Assembly: GCA_035374585.1 (NCBI GenBank)
Contig: DAOSPF010000011.1
Span: 28 to 64,027, forward strand
DNA: 64,000 bases
Direction: 5' to 3'
Source: Bacteroidales bacterium
GTDB taxonomy: Bacteria; Bacteroidota; Bacteroidia; Bacteroidales; DTGW01
This document shows, in pieces, positions 55,909-64,000 of this stretch (position 1 is the first letter of the stretch; the number at the start of each line of letters is the position of its first letter). The translations under genes and the position numbers were made by a program. The notes under the pieces are model-generated. The model saw nothing but the letters and a program-made list of their open reading frames with translations, searched no databases and was not told the origin of the DNA.

Positions 55909-58764
55909 ATGAAAAAATTGACAATTATACTCAGTGTTGTTGTAAGCATATCTTTTTGCTATGCTTTAAGAGCACAAGACATCCAAGTGAGGGAAAGGAT
56001 AAACTTTGACAAGGGATGGCTTTTTGCCCTTGGCCACTCTTTTGATGCTTCAAAGGACTTTGATAATGGGACTGGCTATTTCTCATATTTTGCAAAGGCT
56101 GGCTATGGCGATGGTGCAGCTTCTGCCAATTTTGACGATAGGGCATGGCGTGTTCTTGACCTCCCTCACGATTGGTGCGTTGAGCTCCCTTTTAGCGAAA
56201 AAGGTGGGCATAGCCACGGATATAAAGCTATAGGCCGCAATTTCCCTGAAAATAGCGTTGGCTGGTACCGAAAAAAGTTTTCTATTCCGGAGTCTGATCT
56301 GGGGAAACGCATTAGCATCGAGTTTGACGGCGTACATCGTGATGCCATTGTTTGGGTGAACGGATTTTACTTAGGTACCGAACACAACGGCTATGCAAGT
56401 TACGCCTATGATATCACTGACTACCTCAATTATGGGGGAGAGAATGTTGTAGCTGTCCGTGTTGACGCTACCATGGAAGAAGGCTGGTATTACGAAGGTG
56501 CAGGCATTTATCGCCACACATGGCTCACCAAAACAAACCCTTTGCATGTAGCCAGATATGGGACATTTATTACTACAGAACTCAGCAATAACAATACTGT
56601 GGCAAAAGCTGTTGTTCGTACAACCATAGTTAATGAAGCCCGCGAAGAACAGACTTTTTCTTTAGAAGATATGATAGTGGACGCTGAAAATAAAGCAATA
56701 ACTTCAGGTTCAAAAACAAACCTTAAGTTAAAACCTGGAGAAAGTAAATGTTTTTATAGTACTTATACATTGAAAAACCCTAATTTATGGACTTTAGAAA
56801 AGCCATACCTGCACAAACTGCTTACTATTGTCAGGACAAACAATAAAGTAGTAGATACCTATGAAACAAATTTTGGCGTACGTACTGTCCGTTTTGACGC
56901 TAACGAAGGTTTTTTTCTTAACGGCAAACATGTTAAAATTGTTGGCACCAATTGTCATCAGGACCATGCCGGAGTAGGTACGGCTATCCCTGATGGGTTA
57001 CAGGAGTATCGAATAAAAAAGCTCAAAGACATGGGCAACAACGGCATTCGCACATCGCACAACCCCCCAACCCCGGAAATGCTTGATGCCTGCGACAGGC
57101 TTGGCATGCTCGTACTGGACGAAAACCGCCTGATGGGCTGCAATGACGAGCATTTTAAATATTTAAAAAATATGATGCTCCGCGACCGCAACCACCCTAG
57201 TGTTGTCCTTTGGTCATTGGGCAACGAAGAATGGGCAATAGAGGGCAATATAAAAGGGGCACGCATTGCAGCTACCATGCAGGCCTATGCCCAACAGCTT
57301 GACTCATCCAGGGCTTTTACAGCAGCATTAAGTGGTGGCTGGGATACCGGCATTGGCACTGTTACCCAGGTAATGGGCTACAACTACATTGTACAGGGCA
57401 ATATTGACGAGCATCACAAGAAGTTTCCATGGCAGGCAGGCATTGGCACTGAAGAAAGCAATACTGTTGGCACACGCGGCATTTACGAAACAAATGATAA
57501 TCTATGCCATCTTGCCCCCACAAACCGTATGCCCGAAAATGTTGGGACCGAAAGTGGATGGCAGTTTTATGCAGCACGCCCTTTCCTTGCAGGCTTGTTT
57601 TATTGGACAGGATTTGATTATCGTGGCGAACCTACTCCTTACGGCTGGCCTGCCATAGCCTCTCAATATGGAATTGTTGATTTGTGCGGTTATCCCAAAG
57701 ATATATTTTACTATCTCAAAGCATGGTGGGGGAAAGACCCTGTATTGCACATCTGGCCCCACTGGAACTGGAAAGGGAAAGAAGGGCAACCCATAAAAGT
57801 CACTGTTTATAGTAACTGTGACGAGGTAGAACTTTTTTTAAACAATAAAAGCCTGGGCAAGCAAACCATGCCTGTTAACGGGCATTTGGAATGGGCAGTT
57901 AATTATGAACCTGGCGTGTTGAGCGCCAAAGGATATAAGGGAGGAAAAGAAACCTTGCAAAGTAAGGTAGAAACTACAGATGTTGAAGATGGTATTCAGT
58001 TAACAACAGATAAATCAGCTATTTCTTCAGACCCAAATGATATATCTGTTATTACAGTTAACGTAACTGACAAAAATGGCTTGGTAGTCCCTACAGCAAT
58101 GAATGAAGTAGCATTTACCATTGAAGGAGAAGGCAGAATTATTGGCGTAGGCAATGGCAATCCTTCAAGTCACGAGAAAGACAAATACACCGAAACCATC
58201 AAATTGTCAAAAAATGTTGATTTGAAAGAGTTTTCTGTAGTATCATTAGAAAATTGCCCACAGGTTGACCCTAAGGTGGATGCTTCAGGCTGGAAGGCTG
58301 CCTTTACAACACAAAGCAAAGACTGGAAAGTTTATACCGACTCGCTGATTGTGGTCAGGGGGACATTTGAAATTCCCGGGTTCACTAACGAAACGCAGAT
58401 AAACCTTTTTACGAAAAGTATTGTTGAAAACCAGTCGGTGTATGTAAATGGCAGGTTGATAAAAGCAAACATCAAGCGTGATGCCGAAGGGCAGTCATTT
58501 GTGTTAGATCATTCTATTTTGAAGCCTGGGAAAAATGTATTTGCCGTTACCGGACAGCGTTTTCGCAAAAAACATCAATGGGACGAGCCTAATACCGACC
58601 CTGGCCTTGTTCAGGTAATCATTCCGGCAGAACAATGGAAACGTAAAGTTTTCAATGGTTATGCACAGGTAATAGTCCAACCTACCGGTAAAACAGGCAA
58701 CATTAAACTTTCGGCAAGCTCGGCAGGCTTAAAACCAGCCTCTTTGATAATAAATGTAAAATAA
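55909..58764 (+). CDS. glycoside hydrolase family 2 (beta-galactosidase/beta-glucuronidase-like), secreted
   Basis: Signal peptide MKKLTIILSVVVSISFCYALRAQ, sugar-binding, Ig and TIM regions, WSLGNEEW acid/base context. Confidence 0.9.
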   Translation: MKKLTIILSVVVSISFCYALRAQDIQVRERINFDKGWLFALGHSFDASKDFDNGTGYFSYFAKAGYGDGAASANFDDRAWRVLDLPHDWCVELPFSEKGGHSHGYKAIGRNFPENSVGWYRKKFSIPESDLGKRISIEFDGVHRDAIVWVNGFYLGTEHNGYASYAYDITDYLNYGGENVVAVRVDATMEEGWYYEGAGIYRHTWLTKTNPLHVARYGTFITTELSNNNTVAKAVVRTTIVNEAREEQTFSLEDMIVDAENKAITSGSKTNLKLKPGESKCFYSTYTLKNPNLWTLEKPYLHKLLTIVRTNNKVVDTYETNFGVRTVRFDANEGFFLNGKHVKIVGTNCHQDHAGVGTAIPDGLQEYRIKKLKDMGNNGIRTSHNPPTPEMLDACDRLGMLVLDENRLMGCNDEHFKYLKNMMLRDRNHPSVVLWSLGNEEWAIEGNIKGARIAATMQAYAQQLDSSRAFTAALSGGWDTGIGTVTQVMGYNYIVQGNIDEHHKKFPWQAGIGTEESNTVGTRGIYETNDNLCHLAPTNRMPENVGTESGWQFYAARPFLAGLFYWTGFDYRGEPTPYGWPAIASQYGIVDLCGYPKDIFYYLKAWWGKDPVLHIWPHWNWKGKEGQPIKVTVYSNCDEVELFLNNKSLGKQTMPVNGHLEWAVNYEPGVLSAKGYKGGKETLQSKVETTDVEDGIQLTTDKSAISSDPNDISVITVNVTDKNGLVVPTAMNEVAFTIEGEGRIIGVGNGNPSSHEKDKYTETIKLSKNVDLKEFSVVSLENCPQVDPKVDASGWKAAFTTQSKDWKVYTDSLIVVRGTFEIPGFTNETQINLFTKSIVENQSVYVNGRLIKANIKRDAEGQSFVLDHSILKPGKNVFAVTGQRFRKKHQWDEPNTDPGLVQVIIPAEQWKRKVFNGYAQVIVQPTGKTGNIKLSASSAGLKPASLIINVK

Positions 58765-58778
58765 ACTACTTCAAAAAA

Positions 58779-58817
58779 AGACCTGACAAGTTTTTAAAAC
58801 CTGTCAGGTCTTTTTTT
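58779..58817 (+). terminator. intrinsic terminator after the GH2 gene
   Basis: AGACCTGACA ... TGTCAGGTCT perfect 10-bp stem followed by TTTTTT. Confidence 0.85.
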
Positions 58818-58900
58818 AAAAAACATTTACGGTTGAAAGAAATAATTACCTTTGTATGAGAAAAATAGGACGCAGATAATTCAATGCGTTAATTTTTAGT

Positions 58901-60154
58901 ATGTTAGATAATTTTTATCAACCACAATCTCTTGTCATTGTCCTTCTGGCATTATTATTAACTGCCAGGGTTTTAGGTGAAATTGCAGAACGTTTCAAAA
59001 TACCTGCAATTATTGGCGAGGTAATGGCAGGTATCATTCTGGGCCCTGCCATTTTGAACTGGATAACACCTAATGAATCAATATCAGTACTTTCAGACCT
59101 TGGCGTTTTTTTTCTTGTGGTTTTAGCCGGGTTAGAGATAGTCCCACATGATATACGCACCTCACTAAAAGGCCGAAATATCTTTTATATCGTCTTTGCT
59201 TCTTTAATCCCTTTTATTTCAGGGGCTTTAATTGGCTATCTGTTTAAAATGCCTTTATCCACATGTCTTTTCATAGGATTATGTTTTACGGTTACGGCTT
59301 TACCTATAAGTGCACGCATATTGCTTGAAATGAACAAGCTCAACACCCCAACAGGTCAGCGAATTATTTCAATAGCGGTAATAGCAGATGTCCTTTCCCT
59401 TTTATTGCTTGGGGTTGTGATAGAAGTGAACAATTTGCAAAATATAAACCAGTTTTCGCAGGCTGTAGGGTTTTCGCTTCTCAAACTTGTATTATTGTTG
59501 TTTATTTTTGTGTTATTATACCGTATTTACCAATATGCCAAGTTGCATTTTGATGTCATACGCCAAAAAGTGGACTTGTTAATGCTTTTACTAAAAGGTA
59601 ATGAATCTATATTTGCTTTGGTCATTGTTTTTATCCTGCTTTTTGCCGGTTTGACGCAATTCATAGGGCTACACTTCATTGTTGGGGCTTTTTTTGCCTC
59701 TATGCTCCTCAACAGGCAAATACTCGGGACTCGCAATTATATCCGCGTACGGCGTAACCTTTATACAGTAACAATGGGGCTTCTTGCCCCGGTATTTTTT
59801 GCTTCCATTGGCTTGTCTTTTAAAGTGTTTGACATGAGTTACTTTTTGTTTTTCATTGTCCTGGTAGCCGGGGTAACCATATCAAAAACCTTGTCGGGAT
59901 TATTAGGGGCCAGGTTAGCCGGACATTTACAGATAGAAGGCCTTACCACCGGCCTTGGGATTTCTATGAGCGGGCTAATGGGGCTTGTAATTGCCAATGT
60001 TGCTTACACACAACACTTCATTAATAATGCTATGTATTCTGTATTAGTCTCAATGGGACTTTTTACAACCTTAGTTATACCTGTTTTATTGAAAAAAACA
60101 TTTGTTATACTGGATAAAAAATCTGCCTTATGTTTGGACTCAGCATCGAATTGA
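58901..60154 (+). CDS. cation:proton antiporter (CPA1/CPA2 superfamily)
   Basis: Multi-pass Na_H_exchanger-type protein with N-terminal LGEIAERFKIPAIIGEVMAGIILGP. Confidence 0.88.
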   Translation: MLDNFYQPQSLVIVLLALLLTARVLGEIAERFKIPAIIGEVMAGIILGPAILNWITPNESISVLSDLGVFFLVVLAGLEIVPHDIRTSLKGRNIFYIVFASLIPFISGALIGYLFKMPLSTCLFIGLCFTVTALPISARILLEMNKLNTPTGQRIISIAVIADVLSLLLLGVVIEVNNLQNINQFSQAVGFSLLKLVLLLFIFVLLYRIYQYAKLHFDVIRQKVDLLMLLLKGNESIFALVIVFILLFAGLTQFIGLHFIVGAFFASMLLNRQILGTRNYIRVRRNLYTVTMGLLAPVFFASIGLSFKVFDMSYFLFFIVLVAGVTISKTLSGLLGARLAGHLQIEGLTTGLGISMSGLMGLVIANVAYTQHFINNAMYSVLVSMGLFTTLVIPVLLKKTFVILDKKSALCLDSASN

Positions 60155-61545
60155 CCCTTATTTTGTTTTTTTGTTTAATTGCCGCCTGTGCCTTTGAGTT
60201 TATCAATGGGTTTCATGATACAGCCAATGCAGTAGCCAATGTTATTTACACCAAAACGCTAAAACCTGCTTATGCCGTAATGTGGTCAGGCTTGTTCAAT
60301 TTTCTTGGCGTTATGCTCGGGGGTATTTCTGTAGCGATGGGTATTATGAAGCTGTTGCCCACCAGCGTGCTGGTTGATCAAAATGTGTATCATTCATTGG
60401 CCCTGATTTTAGCCCTGATTTTTACCGCTATTATCTGGAACCTTGGCACCTGGTACATTGGATTGCCATGCTCCAGCTCTCACACTTTGATTGGCTCTAT
60501 TTTTGGCGTTGGCATTGCTTATATGCTGCTCCCTGATGTAGGTGCGGTAGCCCTAAACTGGACAAAAGTAAAAGATGCAGGCCTGTCGCTGCTTATCTCA
60601 CCTGTTATTGGTTTTGGCCTGGCCTTGGGATTGTATTTTTTGTTGAAAAAAGTGACGAAAAAAAACCAAGTACTTTTTGAGCATGACGAAAAACGCAAAC
60701 ACCCTCCTGTTTGGGTGCGGGCATTGCTTATTTTTACCTGCACCAGTGTTAGCTTTGCCCACGGCTCAAATGATGGACAAAAAGGGGTTGGCCTGGTAAT
60801 GATTATCCTGATAGCGTTTTTGCCTGCCAGGTTTATCCTCAACCCTCACCTGGAAACGGCCTCTATTTCTTCAAAAATAGAGGTAATACAAGCTGTATTG
60901 GTAAGCGCTGACACCGCTAAACTTTCAGACGACAATAAAATAAAGCTGACAGGCATTCTTGCCAAAACAAATAAAGTAGAAGCGATTAGTTTGAAAACTA
61001 AAAATGGCCATTCGCCTACAATAAATGACAAATATGAAATACGGCGCGATTTAGGCTTTATACAAACCGAGACAAAAGACTTGATGAAAATAACCGTTGA
61101 ACAACCACAAGTATATAGCAATAAGCAGGTAGCTGTTGTTTCAACAGAGCTGGAAGCACTGAAAAAATATACCGAATATGCCCCGTATTGGGTAATTTTG
61201 ATGATATCTGTATCACTTGGCCTTGGCACTATGATAGGCTGGAAACGTATTGTGGTTACAATTGGCGAAAAGATTGGCAAAACTCCATTGACTTATGCAC
61301 AAGGGGTAAGTGCAGATTTAGTTACTGCCTCTACAATTGCTATGGCCTCAAACTTTGGATTGCCTGTAAGTACCACGCATGTGCTCTCTTCTGGGGTAGC
61401 AGGTACCATGGTAGCCCGAAACGGGCTGAAAAACCTGCGTAAAAAAACTATTCGCAACATTTTGACCGCCTGGCTGATAACACTTCCGGTTACTATTGTA
61501 TTATCTGCTGGTTTATTCTTATTATTGCGCTGGATTTTTTCTTAA
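60130..61545 (+). CDS. pit: inorganic phosphate transporter, PiT family
   Basis: GFHDTANAVA, HGSNDGQKG and TTHVLSSGVAGTM signatures. Overlaps the preceding gene by 25 nt. Confidence 0.93.
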   Translation: MFGLSIELTLILFFCLIAACAFEFINGFHDTANAVANVIYTKTLKPAYAVMWSGLFNFLGVMLGGISVAMGIMKLLPTSVLVDQNVYHSLALILALIFTAIIWNLGTWYIGLPCSSSHTLIGSIFGVGIAYMLLPDVGAVALNWTKVKDAGLSLLISPVIGFGLALGLYFLLKKVTKKNQVLFEHDEKRKHPPVWVRALLIFTCTSVSFAHGSNDGQKGVGLVMIILIAFLPARFILNPHLETASISSKIEVIQAVLVSADTAKLSDDNKIKLTGILAKTNKVEAISLKTKNGHSPTINDKYEIRRDLGFIQTETKDLMKITVEQPQVYSNKQVAVVSTELEALKKYTEYAPYWVILMISVSLGLGTMIGWKRIVVTIGEKIGKTPLTYAQGVSADLVTASTIAMASNFGLPVSTTHVLSSGVAGTMVARNGLKNLRKKTIRNILTAWLITLPVTIVLSAGLFLLLRWIFS

Positions 61546-61617
61546 TGTACCATGGAATAAAGTTGCATATAACTTTTTAGTCCTTAATTTTGCACCAGAA
61601 AAGAACCGCAAAGCGGA

Positions 61618-63594
61618 ATGAAACCACACGAATCTTCTCATATCCATAAAGTATCTTTTGCCGGGTTGCTGGTAACTTTAGGTATTGTCTTTGGAGACAT
61701 CGGGACATCTCCTTTGTATGTGATGCAAGAAATAGCCATTGCTACCGGGAAAATTGACTCCTCTTATATTCTTGGGGTACTATCCTGTATTATCTGGACT
61801 TTGACTTTACAAACTACTATAAAATACGTATTATTTACCTTAAGAGCAGATAACAAAGGTGAAGGCGGTATTTTTTCGTTATTCGCCCTGATAAGGCGGC
61901 GGGTACCCCTGGCTTATATTTTTGCCATTATTGGGGGCAGTACACTGCTTTCTGAAGGTATTATCACTCCTGCTATCACGGTTACTTCTGCAGTAGAAGG
62001 GTTAAGGCTTATCAATACTGATATCCCTGTTTTACCAGTAGTTATTGCCATCATTACAGCATTATTCCTTGTCCAGCAGTTTGGCACCAAGCTGATAGGC
62101 AGCTCTTTTGGGCCTATTATGTTTGTTTGGTTTGGCATGTTAGGAATACTAGGGTTTAGCCATATTTTAGATATGCCAATGGTGCTGAAAGCTTTTAACC
62201 CGGCTTATGCATTAAAATTAATTATCCAACAACCTTCGGCTTTACTGATATTAGGGGCTGTGTTCCTTTGCACTACCGGGGTTGAGGCGTTATATTCTGA
62301 CCTTGGCCATTGTGGGCTGAAAAATATCCGTATCTCCTGGTTTTTTGTTAAAACCACACTTATCCTCAATTACCTTGGGCAAGGAGCATACCTGCTCAAC
62401 CATTCATACAATGGCACAAACCCGTTTTTTGCCATTATGCCCGAATGGCTTTTGTTCCCGGGCATTATTATAGCTACTTGTGCTGCAATTATTGCCAGTC
62501 AGGCTCTTATTTCGGGTTCGTTTACATTGATTAGTGTTGCCATTTCACTGAATGTATGGCCTAAAATGAAAAAGAAAAACCCGACTACTGTCCGTGGGCA
62601 AGTATATATCCCCGTGGTCAACTGGTTTTTGTTTGTAGGCTGTATTTTTGTTATCTTGTATTTTCAGGAATCGTCCAAGATGGGTGCTGCTTACGGCCTC
62701 TCGGTCAACCTGACTATGCTGATGACTACCACGCTACTCATGTTTTATATGATGATTAAGCGCATCAACAGCTATTTTATTGCTTTATTCTTGTTTACTT
62801 ACTATATTATTGAAGGGACATTTCTTATTGCTAACCTTCAGAAATTTATGCATGGCGGGTTTCTGACCATTATTTTGGCCAGTGTATTCTTCCTTGTCAT
62901 GTATGGTTGGTACAATGCCCGAAAAATACGCAACAGCTTTACCAGCTTTGTCAAACTTTCAGATTATTCTGACCTCATCACGGGGCTCAGTCGCGACCGA
63001 AGCGTCCCAAAATATGCCACAAACCTGGTATATCTGACACATGCCAATTCGCGTGAGGAAATTGAATCAAAAATCATGTACTCCATGATTAACAAACAGC
63101 CAAAACGTGCTGATGTTTATTGGTTCTTACATGTTGACATTGCTGATGAACCTGACACCTTTGAATATGAAGTAACTCATATAGTTCCCCGAACAGTGAT
63201 TAAAATTGATTTCAGGCTCGGATTTAAGGTTGACCCGAAGATTAATATGTATTTTAAGCAGGTGCTCGACGAAATGGAAGAAAATCGTGAGATAGATTTG
63301 GTCTCAAGGTATGAATCCCTGCGCAGGTACAACATTGACAGCGACTTCGTATTCATAGTCATTGACCGGATCCCAAACTTCGATTACGATTTTACTCCGC
63401 ATGATAAAATGCTACTCAACCTTTACCGCTTCTTGCGCCACATTGGGGTAAACGATACCAAAGCCTTTGGCCTTGATACCAGCAATGTTATCATAGAAAA
63501 AGTGCCACTTTTGGTTGAGAAAAGCTATAAAAGGGTCATTAAAAGAAGGATAGTGCAAAATACCTTGTCATTAGATGGGTCACAAGCCAATTAG
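61618..63594 (+). CDS. kup: KUP/HAK/KT potassium uptake protein
   Basis: [16 protein letters not shown] and [12 protein letters not shown] signatures, 658 aa. Confidence 0.95.
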   Translation: MKPHESSHIHKVSFAGLLVTLGIVFGDIGTSPLYVMQEIAIATGKIDSSYILGVLSCIIWTLTLQTTIKYVLFTLRADNKGEGGIFSLFALIRRRVPLAYIFAIIGGSTLLSEGIITPAITVTSAVEGLRLINTDIPVLPVVIAIITALFLVQQFGTKLIGSSFGPIMFVWFGMLGILGFSHILDMPMVLKAFNPAYALKLIIQQPSALLILGAVFLCTTGVEALYSDLGHCGLKNIRISWFFVKTTLILNYLGQGAYLLNHSYNGTNPFFAIMPEWLLFPGIIIATCAAIIASQALISGSFTLISVAISLNVWPKMKKKNPTTVRGQVYIPVVNWFLFVGCIFVILYFQESSKMGAAYGLSVNLTMLMTTTLLMFYMMIKRINSYFIALFLFTYYIIEGTFLIANLQKFMHGGFLTIILASVFFLVMYGWYNARKIRNSFTSFVKLSDYSDLITGLSRDRSVPKYATNLVYLTHANSREEIESKIMYSMINKQPKRADVYWFLHVDIADEPDTFEYEVTHIVPRTVIKIDFRLGFKVDPKINMYFKQVLDEMEENREIDLVSRYESLRRYNIDSDFVFIVIDRIPNFDYDFTPHDKMLLNLYRFLRHIGVNDTKAFGLDTSNVIIEKVPLLVEKSYKRVIKRRIVQNTLSLDGSQAN

Positions 63595-64000
63595 TACGAA
63601 ACATGCCACTTTTGCCGGGATTGTTATGACCCTTGGCATTGTATTTGGCGACATTGGGACTTCTCCGCTGTATGTTATGCAAAGTATCATTGGTGGGGAT
63701 TCGCATGTTGACGAAAGCTTTATTTTAGGGGCCCTTTCCTGCATTATATTTACCCTGACACTTCAAACCACCATTAAGTATGTAATTATTACACTTAGGG
63801 CCGATAATCATGGCGAAGGAGGCATTTTCTCGCTTTTTGCCCTGATAAGGCGCATTTTCCCCTGGGCTTTCATTTTTGCCATCATCGGAGGCACAACATT
63901 ACTGGCCGATGGCATTATCACCCCTGCAATTACTGTCGTTACTGCTATTGAAGGGCTTGAGTTATATTCGCCTGGCATACAGGTTATTCCTATTACCATT
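63575..64000 (+). CDS. kup: second KUP/HAK/KT potassium uptake protein (first 142 codons; runs off the right edge)
   Basis: Not in the ORF track. Hand translation from the ATG at 63575 gives [39 protein letters not shown]...[18 protein letters not shown]... Open to the window end. Overlaps kup-1 by 20 nt in another frame. Confidence 0.9.
   Translation, partial: MGHKPISTKHATFAGIVMTLGIVFGDIGTSPLYVMQSIIGGDSHVDESFILGALSCIIFTLTLQTTIKYVIITLRADNHGEGGIFSLFALIRRIFPWAFIFAIIGGTTLLADGIITPAITVVTAIEGLELYSPGIQVIPITI

Noticed and set aside
1-64000. Looked for defence islands, toxin-antitoxin pairs, transposases, integrases, phage genes, tRNA, rRNA and tmRNA
   Set aside because: I could recognise none by motif on either strand. 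The window appears to be core chromosome, so I do not claim a novel protein-based system here.

Overview
This window looks like a gene-dense, mostly housekeeping chromosomal stretch of a Bacteroidota genome. Supporting signs are TAnnTTTG-type -7 promoter boxes, a protein with a T9SS type-B C-terminal domain, a SPOR lipoprotein, a TetR-TolC-MFP-RND gene order, and a propeller/Y_Y_Y sensor. An activase-type ATPase, an FabK/NMO-like reductase and a membrane pyrophosphatase hint at an anaerobic lifestyle.

I support 48 coding regions. Two are truncated at the window edges and are absent from the ORF track. Firm calls include mutL, recO, rimP-nusA-infB, a Rel/SpoT enzyme, hflX, trpS, rbfA, hppA, an RND efflux operon, a GH2 hydrolase, and a row of ion transporters (CPA2, PiT, two tandem kup genes).

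I found no rRNA, tRNA, CRISPR array, transposase, integrase, prophage or recognisable defence system.

The most unusual signal is non-coding. A roughly 85-115 nt cassette beginning ATGAAACGNNCATG occurs four times, always co-oriented with and directly abutting the start of an envelope-protein gene, and there is one orphan fragment. Two copies are fused in frame to the downstream ORF. Two carry a 4-codon mini-ORF. In one copy an ATA sits where another copy has the ATG start.

Secondary points:
- two further small intergenic repeat families;
- a perfect leader hairpin in front of rimP-nusA-infB;
- a propeller-Y_Y_Y-TM-PP2C sensor with no partner genes nearby;
- an orphan PqqD-like gene;
- an 8-TM plus 79-aa gene pair of unknown function;
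- an MBOAT-centred envelope acylation cluster.

All functional calls come from motifs read by eye. No database search was run.
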